DNA of 64,000 nt from Phoronis australis. Taxonomy: Eukaryota; Animalia; Phoronida. A model generated the notes under the pieces. That model did no database searches. It saw only the letters and a list, made by a program, of their open reading frames with translations, and had not been told where the DNA came from. The position numbers and the translations under genes were made by a program. Shown piece after piece: positions 39,725 through 51,700 of this stretch. The number at the start of each line of letters is the position of its first letter. The first letter of the stretch is position 1. The stretch spans positions 369,745-433,744 of the forward strand of contig NMRA01000038.1 of assembly GCA_002633005.1 (NCBI GenBank), written 5' to 3'.

Positions 39725-42700
39725 TCAGTAAAATGTAGTGTAATGTAGTAACGGTCTTTCGAATGTGTGTTCCATCTCATGTAAGATCTCATCAATGTCA
39801 TTGTCAAGGTCATCCGATTCTTTGAACTGCAATAACGACAAAAGTTTAAACTGTAGTACATTTTGGTTATGTAGGACCCTAGGAACTTGTCCAAATTTGG
39901 TTAACTTCAAAAAATTTTAGAAATAGCTCATTGGATTCATATGACAGAGATTCTGTGCTTTATGCATTTTTCTCTAAAACACCATTAGGAATTGTTGTTA
40001 AAATGTTCCACTTCTCCACAAGTGGTTAACAAGAACAGGACTTGTATGATTTTTATGAAAGAATTCGAAATTTGCATAAACAAAATGACAACTTAGAAAA
40101 CTGTTACAGAGTTTTTGAGATTCCACCTTAAACAATTTTATCAAACAAAATTTGGTCATGTTATTGATACTATTATTTTGCTAAGAATGTACCTTTCTTT
40201 TTCCTAAATTTCATTAAAACATTTAAAGGGTTTTCTCTTTTACCAAGTTAAAGTCTCTCAAGGAGGCAGTGTGGCCTGGTTGATAAGTGCCCGCTTTCTT
40301 TACTTGAGGTCGTGGGATCGAGTCCCACTGGGCACACTGCTAGACCCCTGAGTCAGGTTTCTAGCTCCTCAGCTCGGTTTTAACTATATATTAATAAAGC
40401 ACAAAAATAGTTCCAGGTGATTAGTGCAATGGGTCCACATGTGCGACCTGCGCACCTCTGGTACAACATGTATCAGAATGCCGGCAATTACTTTTATTGT
40501 TAAGTTAAAATCTATAATTTTGTTGATATCTACCTGTCAGTAAGGTCCTACATAACTTTCAAAATGAAAAAAATAGTTTCAACTACTTTATGTCAGTGAC
40601 AGTACCTCTTCGAAAATAACACAATTCACAACTGAAAATGTTCAATTGACAAGCTTACTCCACAATAAAAATCATGGGCGACGGTTGTGTTTTAACTCAC
40701 GGGAGGTTTGAAAACAAGTTTGCTCCATATACTGCGTCTTATGTTATCTTGGTCGACTCCAGCACCTCCCACATATGTTAAACTGTGTACAAAGATAACA
40801 TTAATATAACACCCAACCTATAATGCTAAGCTACCACTAAGAATCTCAGACAAACAGTTCTACATACAAGAAAAACAATTTTGATAAGAAAAAGCTCTCT
40901 GCACAGATCAGCTGTTGAAATGTCACTTCACAAGCAGCTTGCCCCATCATCACATTTACAATAGGAATATACCTTAGTGCACAATTCCCGGATGAAGACC
41001 GCTCCTAAAGTGGCATCCTCATGGTTATCCTTGATGTCCACATTGACTATGTGTACAGACTGGATGATATCCTTGTCACGCGCTTCTAAGCCTGTTGGCA
41101 GATTAGCAATGAAGAAGCTTTTCGTGTATACAATAACTTTGTATCAAGCATTTTAAAGAACTTTTTATCTCCTCATTCCCATTCTTGGTCGAAAATTCTG
41201 AAAAGAGCTCACCAAACACATGGTCCTCAAGTTCTATAAATGCTCAGGATAACCATCATTGTGGCACAGGTGTCAGGTGCTGAGATTGGCATCATCCCAA
41301 GTTTGAACATGGTCAGTACAGTTCTCGGATGCTCAGGCTAGTATCACTAGATTCAATATGGTCAGGCTAGTATCACTAGATTCAATATGGTCAGGCTAGT
41401 ATCACTAGATTCAATATGGTCAGGCTAGTATCACTAGATTCAATATGGTCAGGCTAGTATCACTAGATTCAATATGGTCAGGCTAGTATCACTAGATTCA
41501 ATATGGTCAGTACAATCACACGGGCATCACGATGTGTATCTAGGAATTAAGCCCCTCCCACAAGACCAAAGCAACTGCAATTAAAGCTGCCACAAACCAC
41601 CTTCTGTCAGATTTAGACCACTCACTGTCAATTGGTCTCAATATGTTCCTTAATGGAATGGAATCTTGATTTGTGGTCTTGGGATTAACACACCATGCTC
41701 AATGCATAAAAAGTCCCGTCATGTCAAGACGACCCTTAACCTGCAATAGGTGAGGTCAGCCAACATGCCAATTATCCTATTACAATTGGTTGGGTGTACT
41801 CAATCGACTATAACAAGCTGCAGCTGGGCTGCGCTAGGAGAGTGCACTCACCCCAGGACACTTGTGATTTTCATTCAGAAATTGTAAGAGTCCTAGAATG
41901 TTGTTTAAATATGTGAGCATGGGCATTGCATAGTTCACAGTTTCCTCTACATTTCTTTGATTTAAACCATATGGCTGTGATTACTAGTTTGGGAGATATT
42001 GGCAGGTTTATGTGAGTGTAGACATATAGTTTCATTATATGGCTGAAGCCAGAGGTCACAGGAAGACAATGGATCAGTTTACTTTTACTTTCGCTAAGGC
42101 TATGATGAAGATTTACATATGGTGAAAATCTCCATTAAATTCTGGAAAACTTTTATGTTGGCTTCTTTTATGTGAAATTAACATTTCCCCTTCAAATTTC
42201 CAATTTAAAATTGTTAGGTCGTTAGTCTGGGTGACCTTCATAACAGCTTACTGTACAGCAGTAGTGGTGACCTACTTTAGCTCAGCACACAGGGAAAGTA
42301 GTCTGAATAGAAGCTCAACAGAACAAGGGTTCATGACCTTGCGGTCAAGCAACAGCCCATCAAGACCCAATTAAAGACCAGTTTTCATAACAGTAAATGT
42401 TGTATTATATATATATATTGAAAGACATTCCTTAACGGCAGGTGAGTTTAATGTAGCCTTAATAACAGACGTTACAGTGAGCAATTCAGAAAAATCTACA
42501 CTTACATTCAACAACTTGATCGTAGACACGCTCTTCGCAGGTGATAATAATGTTGAACCTGTCTTTGCAGCTCTGGAACCTCTCCGGCCTCAACTTGATT
42601 CTTTTATTGCGCTCCAACATATGTAGTATACCATTTTGTGTATATCTGATCAATTTAGGTCAAGGAGTATTGTCATTTGCAAACACAACTTTACAAACAA

Positions 42701-45700
42701 TGAGATAGTATACCATTTTGTGTATATCTGATCAATTTAGGTCAAGGAGTATTGTCATTTGTAAACACAACTTTACAAACAATGAGACTGATAACGATGC
42801 TGGTGATGAAGAAAATGAACAAATGAACATCACACTTTTCCCATCCAACACTCACCAATCTGTGTAGCCTATACATATTACTCATAAACATTCTGTTGAC
42901 ACAATGTGTAGTACCCTCATGTGTAATGCTGTACAAAATATGGAACATTAAAACTGCTATAACCATGACCTGAAGTCAAAATCACCTTCCAACACATCAT
43001 TGTCTGTGTTTCAATTGAATGTGGTTACAGAAAATCGCCTGGAGTAATTAATCGCCTGCATGGATTCCCCCGACAGCTATACTGCCTCAATGACTGAAAG
43101 TGCCTGATCTGAAAAAATCATGTGATACGTCCTAGGTTACAGTAGAGACATGAGTTCGCAATAAAACTCACTTTAACTTACATCATATCTTAACTAACTC
43201 TTACTCTGGACAAGCCAATGAGCTATCACAGCTGTTGTTAGCAAGTTAAACAAGACTCCTGTTTAATGCTTACTTGCTTACTTTAATTGGGCGACCAAAT
43301 GTTGAACAGAGCACCCAAATGCTGAATAGGGTACACTAGCTAGGATGACTAAATTTGAGTCAGGGTGTGCATTTGGATGCCTGCACGCCCTCTAAATGAA
43401 GGCCTTCACCTCCAATTCATAATTATCTAAGGCAGTGATTATAGCTTTGTGAAGCCTTTGAAATAAAAAGATAAAACATTTGGCAAAACATCATGCATGT
43501 GCTTTTTCTATTTTTACAACTTCTAAAATGAGTGTACAGACCAAAGCTCAGTATGCTTTTTAGCCTAACCTGAGCAAGGAACAAATTGAAATCATTGTTT
43601 TTCAACTATAATGAAAGTGAACTAAATCAAAAGTTACCAATGATCAAACTTCTTAAGGGCTGTTCCAGTAAAATCCGTGTGGGAGGGGGGGACGGCAGTA
43701 GAAATAAAAATTCATGGGTGGTGGTCTTCAGAAAAAAACTCAAATTATGGGTGGTCGTTCCTGTAATAAGTGATGCATTAAAAATGGGTGGTATTTTTGA
43801 CCTGTTAATGTTGATAGGTTGGTTACTTCAGCCCTAAAAACTCAAAAATAAATGCAATTGTCCAAATACAAAAAAGCCCATATTGCCAGTGAACAGAGTG
43901 CAATATGTTCACTAAGCCATTAATCAAGTCATGGGCAACTCGATTTGAGCCAACTGTTTGTCTGCAGTCCTATTGAATTGAAAAGTTATGCAACACTGAA
44001 CTGGTGTTAACACATATAAGAAAATTGATGATTTTTAAATAATAAGTATGAGGAGTAAGATAAACAAGTTCCAATATTCACTTGACATAGAAGTATAGAA
44101 GAGTTCGTGGAGACAGTTTGAGATTCATAGATCCTTATAAATGAAAAAAATGTTCATTGAAATTATAGACACATGGTGAACAGAGACACCTGGTGGCTGC
44201 CAAAAGTATTGCTCACAGGCAACTTTAGTTTTTGACAATATTGGACAAGACAACTAGTTCTTGTCTGTCAGTCATATAAGTTCTTAATAGGTCCTCCTGG
44301 AGGCAATTTGTTTGCAAGTGTTGGATTTTATATTTTAACCTATTAAAAATAATTAAAAAATTATGGGTCATGGGTTGGAGAAATAAATGAAAAATACGGG
44401 CGGTGGGTATGAAATAAAAGTGCCTTCCCCCCCTCCCATACAGATTTTGCTGGAACAGCCCTAAATGACTTTTGAAGTTTTAAAGCCTATCTTCAATGGT
44501 AACACCTGAAAATTTGGTTCCTAGAGTATGTTAAGAGCATCCCTCTGAGCCCACTAGTGCTATAAATTGTCAAATGTAACAAACTGTTAGGCATATTGGC
44601 TTGCTTTTGTCTACAAAATTCTGTTGAAGTTAGGCTTTAATAGTAGACTTACACAACTCTAAATTTTTAAAATCCTTGATGATTACGGAATTTCATTATG
44701 TGCACATGTCCATAATGATCACAGAATCTCGTTTTAAGCACGGAAACAATGCCTAGATCACGAAAGCATTTTTTTAAAAATGTGATTTTTAACAGAGATT
44801 GTCGTAATTTTCCAAAAACACATTTTATTTGCACAGAACTTATTTTATTAAATACAAAAGTGTGTCAGGGATTTTCTTTAAGGCTTTCTAGCCTGAGACC
44901 TCTGCTGTCAAAAATGAAGACGGTGTGAATGGGGATTAAGACGGTGTGAATGGGGCATGTATGGTATTAAAATACACTTGTGTATTTACAACCTGGCTGC
45001 AGGGGCAATGTTTATAACATGCATCCCCTCTTTCTTATGTAAGCTATGGTTGTGAATAGCATAAACGTGGTTTCTGGGCTCAGAAATCAATATTTCGTTA
45101 TTGCTTGTGACTATGCAGTGCATAAAATGACTCACTGTGATAATCCAAATTGTGGAGTCTGGTCTCGAGCAGTAACAAACTGTCAATTCTTTTCAAGCAC
45201 TATGACAACACACGATTTTTGTTATCGTTCGATTCTGCCTATCGTTCTAAGTCCAAAATTATATGAATGTGTCCCCTACTGCATTTCCTCACTATTTTAT
45301 CGTCAAATTTATGTTCGCACTCTTTCCCAGTTGACACCGCCATGTTTGGTTAACTCAAGATTACAGCGACACCTGTTGCTAGTGAATGAAACAGCGTCAG
45401 CGATTCTGGTGTTTGCGTGCGAGGTTCCCCCTAAAGTTCTTTTGAGATAACATGGAGCAACAAGGAGCAGCATTCCACCCTTTTCCATAAATTTTTAGAA
45501 TTGTTATCATTTGACCCATTTTCCACGAAATTCTCTACAGGGATACCCTTTTCACCGATTTGGACCTCGAAAACAACCTTTTTTTGCAAATTCTTGTTGG
45601 CGGATGTGTACCAGGGTCACCATAGGAATTCGAGTCCTTAGAACCGTAGTTCAGACTCGGCTCAACAGGTCTCCGTCAGTTTAAACTTATGAAGAGTGGC

Positions 45701-48700
45701 GCTCTGCACTGGGTGTCTGTAGACAAGTAGTTTTTGGCCGCCAGATGACTCCTTCCATTCAACATGGCGGTATCACTACCGGGAAATAGTGTGAGCAAAA
45801 ATTTAGTGATAAAATACTAAGGGAATGGGGTAGATGTTTTTATATTTTTGGAATAACAAAGCAAGGAATCGAACGATGCCAAAATCATGAGTGTAGGTCA
45901 TCATATTGTAAACAATTACCCACAGAAATTACCATTAATTAGACTCTCAAAAGAAACAACTTTTTCAGAACTGTAAGTAGCCTATTTAAAATTGAGTTAT
46001 TGTGACAGACAGCTGGTTTGTAGCTGCTTCAAGCTTTCTTAGCATAATGGTAGATCCACAACAGCACCCAGAGATTAGCCCTACTGGCAAACAGGATGGG
46101 ACCTTATCGCAAAAATACATCACTGTTAACAGTCAAAACTGACAATACCTTTTTCTTCTAACAACCATCTTCAACTTTATTCCATTCTTCGTTTTTTACT
46201 TGGCTTCCAACTTGTGTCTTTCAGCTACACTTGATCTTGTGGGTTAAAATAGCCACAAAGTATTTGCTGGTGTTCAACAAAACCGTGCATGATTTTAACA
46301 ATGGCGCATAAGCCAAAACGCAATTAGTGCATATGAGCGTTCACGATTGACAAAACTCAACACTTTCCTGGATATGCGAGGATAAAAGCGCTTTCATAAA
46401 TGATATGAAACTTTTATAGTGTCCCAATATGCTAACAAATATGAAAAATAATACCAGAAATTTTTTCTAGGAATAAATGGCAATTTTTTAATTCCAGGTG
46501 TTCCCAAGTTTCTGTTGAAATGCATAGAAGCTATGGAAAATACCACAGTCGACTCTTAATTGCAGAGAAACGACGAATGAATTTTATTCAGACTCTGTAC
46601 AGCTGAGTCAGCACGCAGAGAGTGAAAGCGAGTCGCTTTCACTCTCTGCGTGCTCCACAGAAAAGTACTTTTCATTCAAATATTGCATTCTGTGTTCAAA
46701 TGCAACAAAAATTTTACAGCGAAAAAAAAACAGTTCTCCTAATTTTTTCTCTGCCTTGGCGCACCAACTTCAGTGAAAAATCCTCAATATCTGCCCTGGA
46801 GCAACACAACAGTTCGCATTCTCTACAATTAAGAGAGAACAGTGGTATATTTTTCTAACTTCAGCACACTGTGAAACAAAATTCCATATTCCTGCAATAA
46901 AAATGCCATTAGTTCCCAGTGAAACCATCAAGATTTTGGGAATAGCCTGTATATTAATGGGCTATGTTATTCTTCCTCATAATTGTAAAACCATCACGAG
47001 AACTTATATCAACCATTTATCTTCACACTTCCAATTTCATTGTTCTTAAGCCTATAATCAGAATATAATTCATAATCTCCAATAATTTATCTCGTCTTTT
47101 GTGACGGATGCACGGGCAACAGTCCACACTCTGTTGTCATCTGTAGGAAAAGATCAGCTTAGATAGCCTGGTGGATTTTTATGCTTTGACAGGGTATTTA
47201 AGGCTTGGAATGAGCCATGACAAAAAAAGAAGAAAATTTTCCAAGTGATGCATCGTTCTACAGATAAATAGGCTTATGTGACAGAAATATTTTTGTGTTG
47301 TAAAATTTAACTGCAAGAAACGTTTTTGCTTGAATGAAGTCAAAATAATAAAGAGATGGAATAAGGAAGAAACTGGAAATCAAATAAGAGGAAATTGAAA
47401 CCAAAAAAGAAGAAATTCTCTTAAAAGAGGAAAATTCCAATTTAACATCACCAAAAAATATTTTGAAAGGACTGCCTGCTCTACTCAAAGAACACCAGAT
47501 ATATGTAACACACATACGCAGCGTGACGATTTTTTTTCCAAAAACATAAACAAGTTTAAACGAAGAAAACTGCCAGTTCTTTGCAAAAAATCTGTCCATA
47601 AAACCATGCTACTTGCGGACAGGCAGAATACACTGCCAGTTTATGTTACACTCATTGAAGGTGCGAGTTACTAAGATTTCACTAGCATTACTGTATGCAC
47701 CCAGTCCAGTATTCGCCAGCGACCAACCCCACGTTATCAGTCTTCTGTGCCCCTATCACGCAAACTTGTGGCACGAAAAAACTCTACATTAATCACAACT
47801 GGCAGAAGTTGAAATTCAATGTAACGGGTTACACTCTGCGAAATTAAGGAAGAATATGTCTATCTTCAAAATGCAAGAAAAAATATAATGACAAGTCGTT
47901 CTCATGCATTTGGGTCCCAACAAAAAAGCCAGTGAGCACTTAACACCAACAGAATTACAAGCGTATGTGAACGATGACAAAATTGGTTAATTTCTGTGTT
48001 CTCGTAAGCCACCAGAATATTCTTAACAGAATATGTTCCTGTCCCACAAAATCATAACTTTCACTTTATTTCACGATTACTTTTTAAACTGAACGTCTTT
48101 GCATCCACATTAATGCTCAATCAAAAACAAACAAAATGTGTATGAGCCCATTAAGGCGATTGGCCATCTTCGTTACCAAACAAGAAATTTCCTATATAAC
48201 GATTTTATAATAAGTAATAATTGAAGACCTTTTATTAAAGAGCCAAATATCTTACTATGTGCCCAAAAATAATGCCCAAATGTTTGTAATCATGACTGTT
48301 TTCCCCAAAAAATTTTTTCACGGAAATCACCACATTATCCAAAACCATAAATTTTTCGCACAAAAATACTGTTTCGTTATTCTATTTGCTACAAAATGGT
48401 ATTTTCTTTTAAGGTCTTTTAGCCCAAGAACTCTGCAGCCAAAATAAAGTGGAGTCATGTGATTACACCATCTCGGCATTCCTTTTGTGCACACAAGATT
48501 CTGTGATCATCAAGGATTTAGTTTTATAGGACTACTGTTAAAACTCATTAAAAAGTTATTAACAAAGGCAGCAATTTACTTTGAGACTATCAAACTGGTC
48601 TTAAAATATTACATTTCGAAAGTAATGGCCAGCCCTATGGTTTCTGTGATGTACTTTCCTATCAAGACTTCTGAATCCTATGGATACTGTGTGTGGCATT

Positions 48701-51700
48701 GGACATGAAGTGATTGCATTTAAATCAGCAACGCGTTTTCAGAAATCATAAATAAGTGACGTGATTGGAAAACTGAAATATTTCTATTTGATATCAAGCC
48801 TCAGGACCCTCCCTCACCGAGGGGAAATGTACCTGAGCCTTATTAGGGGAATTGTTTTGGGCAAGGGAAATATGCTCTCCCCTTCCACTGGCCACCATCA
48901 ATTCCACCACCACCTCCCCATCCCTCACCGGCTCTGCCTCAAGCAGCTAAAACTAATGTTTAAGCCGATTCCAATCCTGGCCTTTTACACTGTTTAGAGC
49001 AGACCAAAGAAATGTTTTTCTTGGAAATGTATTAGCCCAAGTAGTAGGGGTGTAAGACAATAAGTGTGGACTCCTGCAAGTGACTTTCTTGCTCAATATT
49101 ATATGATCACCCCTGCACTTGCAATAATCTAATCCAGAGTTCTCTACATACAAGCTGTAAACAAGACAGAAAGGTATGTCTGCGAAGTGAGGATTTTCCC
49201 AGTTAATAAAACTTTCTGAGGCTGAGGGTAACTTTTGGGCCCCATGAGGGGACTTTTTGAGCCTGACGAGGATAATTTCATGTGATTTTTCAGAATGAAA
49301 TGAACCCGATATTCCGCTCCAAAATCGAGACATGAAAGGCCCTGAGCATTTGGAACTTGGTTACATCAACACTTTCAGAACTAAAGCAAAACTTTCCAGC
49401 AACAAAAATTATGGATTATCTAACAGTAAGAGGTATTTTTTTAAATACCAATAAACAGCTTTAAAGCTCATACAAGACCATAATCACTAGTCACTGGAAA
49501 CTCAACCGAAAAATTAAGTCAACAAGGTTCACAACCCTTGTTCAAATAATAAATGGTACTCGCAGACAAAACTGTCAAGAGAACCAGCCAAGTTTCAATC
49601 GTCGGCACCAGACAAATAAGGCAAGCAACACTCACTCAGCACAATACATCACGCTGAGTAACTACGGTATTCAGACAAGCAATCACAAACATACTTTAAT
49701 TTTTTATTTCCCTTCTGAGTAAACCGTACACGAAGACATGAGAAGTTGACAATATCAACCCATTGAAAACAAACTTACACGAGTTACAAACCTTACTCGA
49801 TACCAAAGTCAGCTGCATGGCATTCGCTGAAGCTGCAAAATGATAAACAAAAGGTTATACAATGAAAAGGACTTGGGATAATGAGGTCAATATGTCAATC
49901 TGCTCAAATACGACAGTTAAGGTTATGTACAACACTACAAAAATTCCAAATTTGGCCAACTTCGAAACATGTCTCACAAAAAGTTGACTGCATTCAAATG
50001 TAACTTTCTTATACTGTGATTTATCCACTGTTTTCCATAGTCATCAGAAATTGTTTCTAAACTGCCTGATTTTTTGCACGAGGGGCTTGTAATAATACGC
50101 ATTCAGGATTACTGGGTAGACTTAAAAATTCATGAAACAAAATGATAATTTAGAAAAGTCTAACTGCATTTTAGATATTTTATCTAAGAACACTTACATC
50201 AAAAGGGTTTCATTAAGCTTTTGATACTGCTGTTTTACTACGAAAGTGTTTTTCTTTAATAAAAAGACAGGGTCAAAAGACCTAATCAGTGGCAGATTAG
50301 CATAAAAAATGAAATTCTACAAGTATTCCATTTTAGAAAATATACTTTTACTTTACAGTTTTAAATTCAATGGAACTGTTCATGTTTGGCTAAAACCACA
50401 AACTTGCCAACAAGGTTACTCATAGCCTTAAGTGGGATTCAATTTTTCAAGCCATTTGACATGTCCTTAACCAGTCAGCCATGACGCGCTCATCATATTT
50501 TGCACATTTGGGATGATTTACTGATGCATGATGAAAGCTGGCAATGTTGGATCAAACAGTCACTACCTAACAACATAGATACATTAGGAGCACTACGGAG
50601 CCTTATGTGGTCATGTCATGTGACCAAGCAAATACAGGCCTTCTACAATCCATGCACACGTGTCTACTGAACCATCGTCACCACCGGTCAAACATGGAAA
50701 TCCAATCAAACTTATGCTTTGAAGAACTTCAAATCCCTGTTGTCAGTAAATTTGACAAATCATTGCAGACTCTGGTTCTGTGAACACATGGAGTACGCAC
50801 CCTACAGAGTCATATGTGGTCACATCATATCGCAGCAATCCTTTCACAATGTAATTACCATACGATGTGGCCATGTATGACTGTAGTGAACAGTGTACAT
50901 ACTCTCTGCATGCACAGAAGTGGAGTCTGCGACCAGCATTCATATTTACAAATGCCTTCCAATATGCATGTTGCAAACCACAAGTTTTCATTTTTCACAT
51001 ATTGGCACATGGTCTTTTCCTCCATAGGACATTTAGAACACACAATCAGAATCAGGAGCCAACTACTTACCATTGGTCACTCTCCTAAGTCAACATGATA
51101 CTGAAAAGTGAACACTTTCCCAACAAAGACAATTAACAAAACATCCCTGACTTTTTAAGTGCTGACGTAAGACTAGCCTGCAACACAACAGCACATCTCT
51201 TGTCAAGTTACACATTAGAAGTACCTTTAGCCATTCTATTACAATGGAAGGAGTCAAAAAAAAGTACAAAGCTACACCAGAGGGCACCACACTACAACAC
51301 CATAACTGAATACCAAATAACAACTTTTAGTATAACTTGAACTGCAATAAAGTCTGCAACGTGTGAACACATGAATTCAACATCAGAATAAAAACACTAA
51401 ATGGATTCATTTCTTTCTAAGGAAACTGCTCAACAATATTGTAGCGAGACGAAATTCAAAAAATTATTTTTCATCAACACTCCCAGATCAGCTTGGATAC
51501 AGATTGCGATCCCTGGCAACTAAGTCTCTGTACATCTCATCATATGTTGTATTAAAGTCGTATACGTTGGGCTTATCAGGCGCTGATCCCGGCAACTTCA
51601 CGTGCGTGCCAGTTCCAAAGGAGCGAACGTTGAAACCCTTTTTACTGAAAAATAAATACAGTAAAATGAAGTCAGTTCTCCACTACACGCCTTGAATGGC

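Larger units (their letters stand above)
42646..51500 (-). other. Probable U12-type GT-AG intron in SSU72 (intron 2)
   Basis: Donor reads GTATCCAAG (consensus GTATCCTT). A TCCTTGAC branch-point motif (plus strand 42659-42666) lies ~13 nt before the AG, with no polypyrimidine tract. Confidence 0.7.

Noticed and set aside
39646-39727. In-frame TGA codons after ...TTFY suggesting selenocysteine read-through
   Set aside because: The TGA falls exactly at the conserved SSU72 C-terminus (..FY*), and no SECIS was recognised.
41333-41510. 29-bp repeats of CRISPR-like length
   Set aside because: Head-to-tail with no spacers, in a eukaryotic intron, with no cas genes: a minisatellite.
44986-51323. Numerous 60-130 aa ORFs inside SSU72 intron 2 as a nested gene
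   Set aside because: No recognisable motifs, low-complexity AT-rich translations and no consistent exon chain.
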